Virus record (IMG/VR): IMGVR_UViG_3300037467_000907
Coordinates: 1 to 42,237 of that record
Length of the DNA: 42,237 bases
DNA from: a virus
Reading direction: 5' to 3' (one strand)
The notes beneath the pieces were generated by a model. It was not told the origin of the DNA. It made no database searches and worked only from the letters and a program-made list of their open reading frames with translations. The position numbers and the translations under genes were made by a program. Below are positions 23,177-32,831 of this stretch, one piece after another. Every line of letters starts with the position of its first letter. Positions within the stretch are counted from its first letter, which is position 1.

Positions 23177-23200
23177 GCTCGCCAAACGGTGGGCTTTTTT
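23177..23200 (+). terminator. tR'-type intrinsic terminator about 50-70 nt downstream of the late promoter
   Basis: GCTCGCC-AAAC-GGTGGGC (7 bp, two G-U pairs) plus T6, with an A-tract upstream. Confidence 0.6.
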
Positions 23201-23243
23201 AATGTGTGCTATATTCCCGTTTAATTTAAAACTGGTAAATATC

Positions 23244-23462
23244 ATGACACTTTGTGTTGGCGGTGAATTAGATGGTCAAGAGATTGAAAAAGATGTGAAG
23301 ATATTTAAAGCTTCAGAAATTGATCCAAACTACCCATCAACTTATTACCTTCAAATTTATAATCGCGACAACGTGTTTTATAAGTTTTGGCATCCTCACG
23401 GCGTTGATCTTCACGATCTAACAAACAAAGTATTAGAGATTCTTCGCACATCTAAAAGTTAG
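23244..23462 (+). CDS. 72-aa protein, unknown
   Basis: Start moved to the ATG after the terminator. Alternative in-frame starts at 23115 (TTG) and 23136 (ATG) would read through the hairpin. Confidence 0.4.
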   Translation: MTLCVGGELDGQEIEKDVKIFKASEIDPNYPSTYYLQIYNRDNVFYKFWHPHGVDLHDLTNKVLEILRTSKS

Positions 23463-23498
23463 TTTTATCGTTTGCCGGACGTATTACGGCGCAAAATG

Positions 23499-23533
23499 GC
23501 CCCGCTAAATATCGATTATTGGCGGGGCTTTTT
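23499..23533 (+). terminator. Hairpin GCCCCGC-N16-GCGGGGC plus T5
   Basis: 7-bp GC stem, read directly. Confidence 0.55.
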
Positions 23534-23554
23534 CTATTTGTATTTGGAGATGCC

Positions 23555-23827
23555 ATGCTTCAAAATATTGATGTTGAAATTCGGGAAACCGAGCAAGAGT
23601 TAAACCATATAGGCAGTTGCACAACAAAAGGCCTCACAGAAGAACAGATCGCTCACTTAGATGAGCGATTTTTTTTAGCCATTAAAAAATTAAATTGGTT
23701 GAAAGGTCGCCGTGATGTAAGGGTGTTTATATGGAAGCCGGTAAATATTTCAAGCTCACAGGAAAGCGCCCACAGAAATCGAAACCAAAAAGTACGCCGT
23801 TGCCGAAAGCCAAGCAAAACTATTTAG
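23555..23827 (+). CDS. 90-aa protein, unknown
   Basis: GGAGA SD. The 3' 97 nt overlap the next ORF. Confidence 0.4.
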   Translation: MLQNIDVEIRETEQELNHIGSCTTKGLTEEQIAHLDERFFLAIKKLNWLKGRRDVRVFIWKPVNISSSQESAHRNRNQKVRRCRKPSKTI

Positions 23828-24165
23828 AAGCTGAAGCTACGCTTAAAGAAGAATTAACAGATTTGGCAATTGGTTTTGAAAGTAAGTTTCAACCTATACA
23901 CACAAAACATTGGCGCTTTGATTTCCATGTTGTGAAATTACGCTTGTTGATTGAGATTGAGGGTGGGCCTTGGTCTGGAGGACGCGGTGGCAAGTTGGCT
24001 AATAAAGCATGGAGTCTTGATCGATACGATAAAGCAGAAGATATGGGTTTCAAGATTGAACGATTTCACCCAGATTCTATTTTATCCGGATATGTCATTG
24101 ATTGGATTAAAGGCGAATTAGAGAGACTTGAAGATGGAACAAGTAAGACCATTTCCACCGACTGA
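23731..24165 (+). CDS. Nuclease-like protein (PD-(D/E)XK / Vsr-DUF1064-like pattern)
   Basis: RFDFHVVKLRLLIEIEGGPW resembles the R-x-DF...E-x-(D/K)G core of small phage endonucleases. Weak call. Confidence 0.35.
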   Translation: MEAGKYFKLTGKRPQKSKPKSTPLPKAKQNYLEAEATLKEELTDLAIGFESKFQPIHTKHWRFDFHVVKLRLLIEIEGGPWSGGRGGKLANKAWSLDRYDKAEDMGFKIERFHPDSILSGYVIDWIKGELERLEDGTSKTISTD

Positions 24166-24775
24166 TTTTATTGATCAAGCGGATGATGAAGAAGCTACAC
24201 GCTTAACACCAGCACAAGATCTAATGGATTGGGTTATTAAAAATTATTTAACCATTGAAGGTGAACTCTACAATCCAGACCATGATCATATTGCTGAGCT
24301 CATACATGAGAATGAGGGCTTTATTGCATTTGCATGGGCATCACAAGCTTGTACCGTGAAAAAACAAATGGTTTCTGGCCAATGCGAGAAAGTCATGTTT
24401 AACGTTGGTGGTTGGCGTAAAGCAAGACAAGAGCAACAGATGCGCGACTGGTTCGGCTATGTTCCAGTTTATTTGATTACGATCGATGCAAGCTTTTGTG
24501 AGCAAGCTACGGACCGAGACTTTTGCGCTTTAATCGAACATGAGCTTTATCACATCGGCGTTGAGCGTGACGAAGACGGCGAACCGCTTTATAGCGATAT
24601 GACAGGTTTACCAAAACATTATTTGGCTGGCCATGACGTTGAAGAGTTTGTGGGCGTAGTTAAACGATGGGGAGCAGACGAGAACGTGAAGCGACTTATT
24701 GAAGTGGCGAAGCAAGCGCCGTTTGTATCTGATGTAAATATTTCCAAGTGCTGTGGAACTTGCCTAATTAGTTGA
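24128..24775 (+). CDS. HExxH metallopeptidase-like protein (SprT/phage metallopeptidase type)
   Basis: Contains an ALIEHELYHIG motif. The start is uncertain (24128 or 24134). Confidence 0.5.
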   Translation: MKMEQVRPFPPTDFIDQADDEEATRLTPAQDLMDWVIKNYLTIEGELYNPDHDHIAELIHENEGFIAFAWASQACTVKKQMVSGQCEKVMFNVGGWRKARQEQQMRDWFGYVPVYLITIDASFCEQATDRDFCALIEHELYHIGVERDEDGEPLYSDMTGLPKHYLAGHDVEEFVGVVKRWGADENVKRLIEVAKQAPFVSDVNISKCCGTCLIS

Positions 24776-24796
24776 GCCGTTTGGCTCATTTTTTTT
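24773..24796 (+). terminator. Hairpin TGAGCC-GTTT-GGCTCA plus T8 upstream of terminase genes
   Basis: The stem begins at the stop codon of the previous gene. Confidence 0.6.
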
Positions 24797-24834
24797 GACT
24801 TGTTTCCTTGATGAGCCTTGATGGATTTTGAATT

Positions 24835-25341
24835 ATGGCGAAGCTAAAAAAAGCCGAGCAACTCTTTATAGTTCGGTCACTTGCGCAATTCATGACACCC
24901 ACAGAAGTTGTTAAGGCCATCAAGGAAACTTTCAACATTATTGTGTCGCCGCAGCAAGTGGAAGCATACGACCCGACCAAGGTTGCTGGGCGTGACCTAA
25001 GGAAAGAGTTCAAGGAAGTTTTTGAGACTACGCGAGAGGAATATCTCAAACAGCCAATTCACAACATTAGCGGGGCTAACGACATTGTTCAGTTAAAAAT
25101 CTTGAGCGATCTACTTTTCGCCAAAAAAAATAACGTGACCATGACCATTAAGATCGTGGACCAAATGCAAAAGATTGTGAAAGGTTTTTACGAGAAGCGA
25201 TTAGAAATTACTGGAGCTGGTGGCGGGGCGATTAAAACAGAAAATACCCAATTGCCACCTACGCCAGCATATAAACCTGAGGAGCTTGCAAAACTCACAC
25301 CGGCTGAGCTTTCGCGCTTAGTGATTAATGGAAAGCTATGA
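24835..25341 (+). CDS. terS: Terminase small subunit
   Basis: 168 aa, immediately upstream of and overlapping the large terminase. N-terminal HTH-like IVRSLAQFMTPTEVVKAI. Confidence 0.6.
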   Translation: MAKLKKAEQLFIVRSLAQFMTPTEVVKAIKETFNIIVSPQQVEAYDPTKVAGRDLRKEFKEVFETTREEYLKQPIHNISGANDIVQLKILSDLLFAKKNNVTMTIKIVDQMQKIVKGFYEKRLEITGAGGGAIKTENTQLPPTPAYKPEELAKLTPAELSRLVINGKL

Positions 25342-26996
25342 CATACGCACTAGATGAAATAGCCCCTTTAATTAAAGAGTGGACTATTAACGTACGCTTG
25401 CCTGAAGTAATGACTGAGATGACACGGCGTTATTACTACAAGGCAGCCATTGAGCAAAACGAACTTAGCATTCAGGCAGAGTTATATAAGTGCCGCACAG
25501 ATCCGGCACATTGGTTTAACAATTGGATCTGGACATACGACCCGCGCGGTATGTCATTTGGATTGCCCGCAAATATTCCCTTTGTGTTGCGACCTAAGCA
25601 AGTCGAGCTTGTAGATTGGTTGATTGAGCGGGAGAGCACACAAACACACGGCTTGATTGAAAAGTCGCGTGACGAAGGGATGAGTTACGTTGTACTTGGG
25701 TTTTTCTTGCATCGTTGGTTGTTTGTTGAAGGCTTCGCGGGTGGAGTGGGTAGCCGCAAGGAAGAGCTTGTAGATAAGAAGGGCGACCCTAAAACCCTAT
25801 TCCACAAATTCCGCGATATGTTTAGCAAAATGCCCAATTGGTTGAAGCCTAAGGGCTTTGTCGAGAAAGTGCATGATAACTACATGCGCATCATCAATCC
25901 TGATAACGGCGCAACCATTACCGGTGAAGCTGGCGACAATATCGGCCGTGGTGGTCGTACTACCATGTACTTTTTAGACGAATGGGCATTCGTAGAGCGG
26001 CAAGAAGCTGTAGATGCTGCTATTTCTCAAAACACGAACGTCCACATTAAAGGATCTACTCCAAACGGTATCGGCGACCGATTTCACCAGGATAGATTCA
26101 GCGGCCGTTACGCCGTCTTTACTATGCCTTGGCGAGCTAACCCAGATAAAAACTGGACTGTTACGTATAACGGCAAAGAGATTCATCCTTGGTATGAAAA
26201 GCAGTTGGCCACATTGGATGATGTGGTACTTGCCCAAGAGGTCGATATTAACTATGCCGCTTCTGTAGAGGGTGTATTGATCCCTAGCGCTTGGATTCAA
26301 GCTTCATTAGATGCGCACAAAAAGCTTCTAATTGAGCCAACTGGTGATCGTATCGGTGGCTTAGACGTTGCCGATGAAGGTAAGGATAAAAACTCATTTT
26401 CTGGTCGTCACGGCGTTGTCATGAAGTACTTGGCCACATGGTCGGGTAAAGGTGATGACATCTTTGGAACCACGCAAAAAGCTATGGATCTTTGCTTTGA
26501 TCAATCTATAGACACGTTGTTCTACGATGCTGATGGTCTTGGTGCGGGGTGTCGTGGTGATGCCAGGGTAATTAATGAAAAGCGCCGTGAACTGGGATTA
26601 CCCGAAGTAAATGTCGAATCCTTCCGAGGATCTGGTTCAGTTTATGACCCTGAGGGTGAAATGGTAGAGAAACGTCTTAATAAAGACTTTTTCGCCAATC
26701 TTAAAGCCCAATCATGGTGGTCTTTGCGTTTGCGCTTTCAAGAAACTTTTAGAGCAATCGAAGGCCGTGAATATGACCCAGATATGATCATTTCACTATC
26801 CACTGAAGATATTGATGCCAAGGAATTGGCATTGCTCACTACTGAGCTATCACAGCCAACATATACAAAAAATGGTGTTGGAAAAATCCTTGTCAATAAG
26901 CAGCCTGATGGCACGGCGTCACCTAACCGGGCAGATAGCGTCATGATTTGTTTTAACCCACAGATTGGCGAGCTCAGTATTTGGGGCAAGCTATAA
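25338..26996 (+). CDS. terL: Terminase large subunit
   Basis: 552 aa with the Walker B-like MYFLDEWAFVE motif. Position is before the portal. Confidence 0.8.
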   Translation: MTYALDEIAPLIKEWTINVRLPEVMTEMTRRYYYKAAIEQNELSIQAELYKCRTDPAHWFNNWIWTYDPRGMSFGLPANIPFVLRPKQVELVDWLIERESTQTHGLIEKSRDEGMSYVVLGFFLHRWLFVEGFAGGVGSRKEELVDKKGDPKTLFHKFRDMFSKMPNWLKPKGFVEKVHDNYMRIINPDNGATITGEAGDNIGRGGRTTMYFLDEWAFVERQEAVDAAISQNTNVHIKGSTPNGIGDRFHQDRFSGRYAVFTMPWRANPDKNWTVTYNGKEIHPWYEKQLATLDDVVLAQEVDINYAASVEGVLIPSAWIQASLDAHKKLLIEPTGDRIGGLDVADEGKDKNSFSGRHGVVMKYLATWSGKGDDIFGTTQKAMDLCFDQSIDTLFYDADGLGAGCRGDARVINEKRRELGLPEVNVESFRGSGSVYDPEGEMVEKRLNKDFFANLKAQSWWSLRLRFQETFRAIEGREYDPDMIISLSTEDIDAKELALLTTELSQPTYTKNGVGKILVNKQPDGTASPNRADSVMICFNPQIGELSIWGKL

Positions 26997-27006
26997 AGAG
27001 AAAGTT

Positions 27007-28422
27007 ATGGGCTTAGTTAAATTTACAAAAGATTCATTCCAGAACTTTGCCGCTCGCGTTGGCTTAGGTACTGGAAACCAGCATGATCAGTCTGGATATG
27101 GTTTTAACTTTTTAAGCCGTAACCGTTTAAAGCTTGAAGCAATGTATCGATCCTCTTGGGTTGTTGGCCAAGTGGTTGATGTTGTAGCTGACGACATGAC
27201 ACGTAAAGGTGTCAAATTGAATGGCCTGTCAGATCCAAAAGAATCGGAAAAGATAGATCAGGAGATGGATCGCTTACAAGTATGGGGGCGACTTAATAAA
27301 ACAATTAAGTGGTCCCGTCTTTATGGTGGTGCCATTGCTGTCATGATGATCGATGGTCATGACGTGTCAACGCCGTTAAACCCCAGCACTATCGGCAAAG
27401 ATCAGTTTAAAGGTTTATTGGTTCTTGATCGATGGATGGTTCAGCCAACATTACAAGATTTGGTAACAGATTTAGGGCCTGATTATGGCACTCCTCGCTA
27501 TTACGATGTCATTACCGATTCAGTTGGCTTATGTAATCAAAGTGTCCATTATTCGCGCGTCATCCGTATGGATGGCGTTGAGCTACCATACAACCAATCA
27601 ATTGCTGAAAACCTTTGGGGGCAATCAGTCATTGAACGGATGGAAGATCGTTTAACGATTTTTGATAGCGCTACTTTAGGCGCTGGTCAGTTGGTCTATA
27701 AGGCACATCTACGGACATATAAAGTAAAAGGGCTGCGTAGTCTTATCGCTGGTGGTGGGCAACTTTATGAAGCTCTCGTTAAGCAAATCAATTTGATTCG
27801 ACAATGGCAGTCAAATGAAGGTTTGACCTTGATGGATGCTGAGGATACCTACGAATCCCATCAATATAACTTTTCTGGTTTAGATAATATCTTGCTGCAA
27901 TTTGGGCAACAAATTTCAGGCGCAACCGGTATCCCACTTGTACGTTTATTTGGTCAGTCACCAGCGGGTTTAAATGCTACAGGTGAATCTGATCTAGCTA
28001 ACTATTACGACAATATTAATCAGCAACAGGAAGGCCGTTTACGGACGCCGTTGCAGATCCTCTATGCCGTGGTTCATATGTCAGTACTTGGTAAACCTAT
28101 ACCTGATTCATTTAGTTTTATATTCGCGTCTCTGTGGCAGTTGGATGATGAGAAAAAAGCTAACGTCGCGAAAGGAGTAACTGATGCAGTACTTGCAGCT
28201 GAGGAAGGCGGGCTTATTAAACGTTCTACTGCATTAAAAGAATTACGCCAATCGAGTGAAGTTACAGGTGTTTTCTCTCATATCTCAGATGAGGAAATTA
28301 AAGATGCAGATGGTGAGGAACCACCGCCACCTGGTGAGGGTGTAGATGATGAAGAGACAAATAAATCGGATAACTCCGCACCTAGCGAGAAAGACCGAGA
28401 TACGGTACAGCCAGCAGCTTAG
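27007..28422 (+). CDS. Portal protein
   Basis: 471 aa from MGLVKFTKDSFQNFAARVGLGTGN, a DUF1073-type portal N-terminus. Acidic C-terminal tail. Confidence 0.75.
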   Translation: MGLVKFTKDSFQNFAARVGLGTGNQHDQSGYGFNFLSRNRLKLEAMYRSSWVVGQVVDVVADDMTRKGVKLNGLSDPKESEKIDQEMDRLQVWGRLNKTIKWSRLYGGAIAVMMIDGHDVSTPLNPSTIGKDQFKGLLVLDRWMVQPTLQDLVTDLGPDYGTPRYYDVITDSVGLCNQSVHYSRVIRMDGVELPYNQSIAENLWGQSVIERMEDRLTIFDSATLGAGQLVYKAHLRTYKVKGLRSLIAGGGQLYEALVKQINLIRQWQSNEGLTLMDAEDTYESHQYNFSGLDNILLQFGQQISGATGIPLVRLFGQSPAGLNATGESDLANYYDNINQQQEGRLRTPLQILYAVVHMSVLGKPIPDSFSFIFASLWQLDDEKKANVAKGVTDAVLAAEEGGLIKRSTALKELRQSSEVTGVFSHISDEEIKDADGEEPPPPGEGVDDEETNKSDNSAPSEKDRDTVQPAA

Positions 28423-29089
28423 AAAAATCGCTGGCTATGTCGATACCATTGTTAAAGGCTTCGATGTAAATGACCCTCGCACGTATCCTTTAATGGCAGC
28501 TTCATTAAATGATTACGCTAACACCCTCCATCATTGGGCACGGAATGCAGCAGGGCGAATTATTACCGATGTTGCATTACGTGATGAGAAAACTTGGCTC
28601 ATCTATGCAAATGATCTTTCACGTGGAGTTAGAGAGCAGATCCGCAATACTGATACTGGTGCCGTATATCAACAGCTCTTAAATGATCAAGTGCGACTTA
28701 TTCAGTCTCTGCCGCTTGATGCTGCTCAACGCATCCATGACCTATCCACACGGTCGCTAATTGAAGGCAATCGTTCAAGTGAGATAGCTGGATTGATAAT
28801 GGCCACTGGTCGTGTGACTAGATCCAGAGCAAATACAATTGCCCGTACAGAGGTTAGTCGGGCTTCAACTCTATTCACCGAAGCACGTGCTTTAAATCTT
28901 GGATCTGAGGGTTATACATGGCGTGATTCAGAAGATGGAGATGTCCGTATGGACCATGAGGTATTGAACGGGAAATTTATCTATTGGGCCAACCCGCCAA
29001 TAGTAGATAAAAAATCTGGTCGAAGGGCACATGCAGGCTGTGATATTAATTGCCGTTGTTATCCTGAACCGTCCATACCGGAGATTTGA
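28346..29089 (+). CDS. Head morphogenesis protein (Mu F / SPP1 gp7-like)
   Basis: RTEVSRAST...WRDSEDGDVRMDHEVLNGK...HAGCDINCRCYPEP matches the minor-head-protein motif. Overlaps the portal 3' end by 77 nt. Confidence 0.75.
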   Translation: MMKRQINRITPHLARKTEIRYSQQLRKIAGYVDTIVKGFDVNDPRTYPLMAASLNDYANTLHHWARNAAGRIITDVALRDEKTWLIYANDLSRGVREQIRNTDTGAVYQQLLNDQVRLIQSLPLDAAQRIHDLSTRSLIEGNRSSEIAGLIMATGRVTRSRANTIARTEVSRASTLFTEARALNLGSEGYTWRDSEDGDVRMDHEVLNGKFIYWANPPIVDKKSGRRAHAGCDINCRCYPEPSIPEI

Positions 29090-29090
29090 A

Positions 29091-29402
29091 ATGCAAATTT
29101 TCTTTACCATTTTTGGTGGTCCACATGATGGCTATAGGATTTCTCTAAGTACTCCAATGGATTGCGTGAACTTAGAGGATAGCCCTCTAAACCGCAATTA
29201 TTGTGCTTCCATTAGCTACTGGCCTAGACCCAAAAAAATTATTCGATACACAAAACGAAGAGTGTTTGTTCAAAAGTATGGAAGGATATTTTTTAAAGAT
29301 GTCTATGCCTCCACTGAATATGATTTCAAAGAAGCATTAATAGAGTTCCAGCATTACTTCAATCCAGTTTACAAACACAGCCACCTTCGGGTGGTTTTTT
29401 AA
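29091..29402 (+). CDS. 103-aa protein, unknown, inserted in the head module
   Basis: GGAGA SD. The C-terminal codons are formed by the terminator hairpin. Confidence 0.45.
   Translation: MQIFFTIFGGPHDGYRISLSTPMDCVNLEDSPLNRNYCASISYWPRPKKIIRYTKRRVFVQKYGRIFFKDVYASTEYDFKEALIEFQHYFNPVYKHSHLRVVF
29381..29400 (+). terminator. Hairpin CCACC-TTCG-GGTGG plus T6
   Basis: Read directly. Followed by TGCCTGAAAAAAGGTGA and the ATG at 29423. Confidence 0.55.
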
Positions 29403-29422
29403 TGCCTGAAAAAAGGTGAACC

Positions 29423-30748
29423 ATGTTTAAAAGCAAAAAAGCTAAGGGCAAAAAAACAGTAGATCGGTCCAACATTTTTACCTCAGGACAGATTGGCCGT
29501 ACCCGAGAAATTACGCCAGAAGGTTATTTACTTTGCCGTGATGTTCGATTGGCCAGAACTGGAATTTTAATCTATGGCCATGGTGAGGTGCCAATTGAAC
29601 CTGATAACACTGGGTTGATTCAGGTTTTCCGTGGAGATGATGTTTTATTTTCCCCCACGACTATTGCCAGCACTGAAGGTAAGCCCGTAACAGATGATCA
29701 TCCAAAAGATTGGGTAACACCTAAAAATTGGCAAGTTCTATCAAAAGGATCTAGTCATAACGTTCACCAAGGTGAAGGTGAAGACGCAGAGTATTTAATG
29801 GGCGATTTGTTGATTATGGATGAGGCGACCATTGAAGCTGTGCAAAAAGGCAAGGTGGAAATTTCCCTTGGCTACGATGCTGAATATACACAAGTCAGCC
29901 CGGGCAAAGGGGTTCAGAGCAATATTGTAGTTAACCATATTGCATTAGTTGATAAAGGGCGATGCGGTTCTCGCTGCTCGATTGGAGATAGTTTTATGAC
30001 GACCAAGGTCAAAAAGAAAAAAATCAGTTTTGCTGACCGTATTCGCAACTTGGTGAAAACTGGTGATGCGGAAGAAGCTGAAAAAATCGCACAAGCTGTA
30101 GAAGATGAAGATTTAGATCTACCTACAGAAGATGAAGAGCCAGAAGATGATAAAGGCAAAACTAACGATGCCGCTATTAATCGTGAAATTCTCAAAATGC
30201 TCAAAACTATGGATTCTCGTTTGGTTAAGCTAGAAAAGAAAACCAAAGATAGTGATGATCCTGAAAAGAAAACGGAAGATGACGATGACGATCCCGAAAA
30301 TAAAACTAAGGATGATGGCGATCTGACGGATCCAGAACCAGCAAAAAAACTGGATGAATCGGGTACTCAAACTTATACCGGTGATTCATTAAAAGAAGTA
30401 ATTTCACGTGCTGAAATTCTATCGCCTGGTTATCGCATGCCTACCTTTGACAGTGCGAATAATGGCAAGGCTGTTTTAAATACTAAACGATCAGTTTTAA
30501 AGGCTGCATTTGCTACTGAGGATGGTCAGAAAGCTATCACTCCATTTGTCGGTCAAAATCCTGATTTTGATAATTTGCCTACTCACACCATTGATGCTGC
30601 ATTTGCTGGAGCATCTGAACTCATCAAACAACAGAACAATGCCAAAGGGGTTCGTTCTGGAATTAAAACAAGTGATTTCGGTCGTTCAGCTCCAACGCCT
30701 GCCGAAATTAATAAACGCAACCGTGAATTCTGGACCAATCAAGGATAA
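29423..30748 (+). CDS. Scaffold-type head protein (DUF2213-like) with D/E/K-rich central tract
   Basis: 441 aa. Sits between the portal/morphogenesis genes and the capsid gene. Acidic low-complexity middle region. Confidence 0.55.
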   Translation: MFKSKKAKGKKTVDRSNIFTSGQIGRTREITPEGYLLCRDVRLARTGILIYGHGEVPIEPDNTGLIQVFRGDDVLFSPTTIASTEGKPVTDDHPKDWVTPKNWQVLSKGSSHNVHQGEGEDAEYLMGDLLIMDEATIEAVQKGKVEISLGYDAEYTQVSPGKGVQSNIVVNHIALVDKGRCGSRCSIGDSFMTTKVKKKKISFADRIRNLVKTGDAEEAEKIAQAVEDEDLDLPTEDEEPEDDKGKTNDAAINREILKMLKTMDSRLVKLEKKTKDSDDPEKKTEDDDDDPENKTKDDGDLTDPEPAKKLDESGTQTYTGDSLKEVISRAEILSPGYRMPTFDSANNGKAVLNTKRSVLKAAFATEDGQKAITPFVGQNPDFDNLPTHTIDAAFAGASELIKQQNNAKGVRSGIKTSDFGRSAPTPAEINKRNREFWTNQG

Positions 30749-30753
30749 GAATT

Positions 30754-31242
30754 ATGTCTAATGCATTTTTATATCGTATGCCGAGTGGTATCCCTGGTGA
30801 TGTCTCTCGTAAAAGCCAATCAACAATTGAATCGCATCCGGTCGGAGCGCAATTCTCTGCATTTGGTTTATTCGGCAAAATTAGCAAAGTGAATGGAAAA
30901 TTTATTCTATTAGAAGCGGCAGATACCGCAGCAGATATTTATGGACTATTGGTCCGTGCTTATCCAACGCAGTCAGCTCAAAATGAACTTGGAAAAGCTA
31001 CGCCTTTACCTAACGGCATTCAGGACCAACTACGCCGTGGTTATATGACGGTGAAATGTAATGCCGGTACTGCAAAGAAAGCAGGAGCAGTATATGTGCG
31101 TATCACAGCAGGCACTGAAGCTAAACCAATTGGAGGTATTGAAGCCGCAGCTGATGGAGCAAACAGCATTATCTTACCGAATGCATTCTTTATGCATGAT
31201 GCTGATGCTCAAGGCAACGTAGAAATCTCATTTAACATTTAA
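30754..31242 (+). CDS. Head decoration/cement-type protein
   Basis: 162 aa, immediately upstream of the major capsid gene. Confidence 0.45.
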   Translation: MSNAFLYRMPSGIPGDVSRKSQSTIESHPVGAQFSAFGLFGKISKVNGKFILLEAADTAADIYGLLVRAYPTQSAQNELGKATPLPNGIQDQLRRGYMTVKCNAGTAKKAGAVYVRITAGTEAKPIGGIEAAADGANSIILPNAFFMHDADAQGNVEISFNI

Positions 31243-31261
31243 AAATTATTGAACAGCACGG

Positions 31262-31283
31262 CCACCGACTAGGTGGTTTTTTT
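31262..31283 (+). terminator. Hairpin CCACC-GACTA-GGTGG plus T7
   Basis: Read directly. Followed by TGCCTGGAGAAAAG and the ATG at 31304. Confidence 0.55.
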
Positions 31284-31303
31284 GTGCCTGGAGAAAAGAC
31301 AAT

Positions 31304-32329
31304 ATGAGTAAGCTATTAATTGCGAACACTATGGCTCAAGCTTTGGCCATGGGGACAGCAACACCTGTACGCGCTCGTACTCGTGACCATATGATGACTT
31401 TTGATTCGCGAACTATTGATAGTACTGGTGCTTTCATGGTTGGTGAATTAGAACGTCTTGATCAAACAATGCATGAGCCTTTGGTAGACGTAACCTGGGG
31501 GCGCGATGTGGACTTGCGTTCTGATGTATCAATTGCAGATGAGATTTCGAGTTTCTCAAATGCCACATTTGCAGCAGCTGGAGGTGCTTCACCTCAAGGT
31601 AAATCTTGGGTTGGTAAAAATGCAGATGCTATCCAAGGTATTGCGTTAGATATCGGTAAAACCGCATTGCCTTTAACTCTTTGGGCTAATCAAATTGGCT
31701 GGACCATTCCAGAGTTAGAGTCTGCTCGTCAAGCTGGTCGTCCAGTTGATGCCTTAAAACACAGTGGTTTAATTCTTAAGCACAATATGGATACCGATGA
31801 GCAAGTCTATATCGGTGATGAAGTTATCGGTGTGCAAGGCCTTCTTAATTCTGACAAGGTTGGTGCTACCAACGTTAATAAGAGCTGGAAATTGGCAACA
31901 GCAGACGAAATGCTGGCCGATGTGAACTTGATTCTCTATAACGCTTGGATTGCTTCAGGATTTGCAGTTTGTCCTTCTAAATTGTTGTTGCCACCTGAAC
32001 AGTTTGGCTTAGCAGTAACACGCAAAGTTTCTGAAGCTGGCAATATTTCAGTTTTGGAATACATCAAAATTAACTGTATCTCAATGGCTAAGAATGGCAA
32101 GCCATTAGACATCCAGCCTTCTAAATGGTGTATGGAACGTGGCACGGCGGGAACTGACCGCATGATGTGCTATACGCAAAATGAAAACCGTGTCCGCTTC
32201 CCAATGGTCCCGTTACAACGCACGCCGGTTGAATATCGTGATCTACGTCAATTAACTACCTACTACGGTCGTTTAGGTGCAATTGAATGGATTTATCCTG
32301 AAACTGCATTCTATGCAGATGGTCTATAA
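31304..32329 (+). CDS. Major capsid protein
   Basis: 341 aa. Position follows scaffold and decoration genes, with a strong SD after the hairpin. Confidence 0.7.
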   Translation: MSKLLIANTMAQALAMGTATPVRARTRDHMMTFDSRTIDSTGAFMVGELERLDQTMHEPLVDVTWGRDVDLRSDVSIADEISSFSNATFAAAGGASPQGKSWVGKNADAIQGIALDIGKTALPLTLWANQIGWTIPELESARQAGRPVDALKHSGLILKHNMDTDEQVYIGDEVIGVQGLLNSDKVGATNVNKSWKLATADEMLADVNLILYNAWIASGFAVCPSKLLLPPEQFGLAVTRKVSEAGNISVLEYIKINCISMAKNGKPLDIQPSKWCMERGTAGTDRMMCYTQNENRVRFPMVPLQRTPVEYRDLRQLTTYYGRLGAIEWIYPETAFYADGL

Positions 32330-32342
32330 GGAGAATTAAGAC

Positions 32343-32828
32343 ATGAGCAAACAAGTACAAATTCTTCTTTCTCGTCCATTAACGGTTAATCTCGGAACCG
32401 ATGAAAATGGGCAGGCCAGAACACATAAATTAGCAGTTGGTTTGCAGCATGTAGATGCCGAAATCGCGGATAACTGGTTTGTGAAAGCGCATTGCCAAGA
32501 GATTTCAAATAACGATATCCAAACAGGTGAGCTTCAAAAGCAACTAGAAATAGCGAATGAAGAATTAAGTATTCTTCAAACGCAATCTGATGCGGCCACA
32601 AAGAAAATCGGACAACTTGAAGGGACTATTAAAGACCGCGACACTGAAATCGCCAACCTTAAAATCCAGTCTGTTAAAGATCTTCAGGCTCAAGCGGAAG
32701 AGTCAAAGTCTGCTCTTGATCAAGCTCAAAAGGTGCTTAAAGAACGTGATGCTGAAATCGCCAAGTTAAAAGCCGATGCAACCAAAGCGGTTCCAGCCAA
32801 AGAAAAAGACACCCCAAAGGAAACCTAA
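32343..32828 (+). CDS. Coiled-coil head-associated protein
   Basis: 161 aa with heptad-rich QKQLEIANEELSILQ...AEIAKLKAD. Confidence 0.4.
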   Translation: MSKQVQILLSRPLTVNLGTDENGQARTHKLAVGLQHVDAEIADNWFVKAHCQEISNNDIQTGELQKQLEIANEELSILQTQSDAATKKIGQLEGTIKDRDTEIANLKIQSVKDLQAQAEESKSALDQAQKVLKERDAEIAKLKADATKAVPAKEKDTPKET

Positions 32829-32831
32829 CCC

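Noticed and set aside
24795-24830. TTGACT after the 24773 terminator could be a separate packaging-gene promoter.
   Set aside because: No acceptable -10 hexamer lies at 16-18 bp spacing.
24786-25049. An 87-aa minus-strand ORF antisense to the small terminase start.
   Set aside because: It is a shadow ORF opposite a gene with clear operon context.
30090-30330. The D/E/K-rich tract in the scaffold gene could be a tandem DNA repeat.
   Set aside because: This is compositional bias at the protein level (an acidic linker). No exact nucleotide periodicity is seen.
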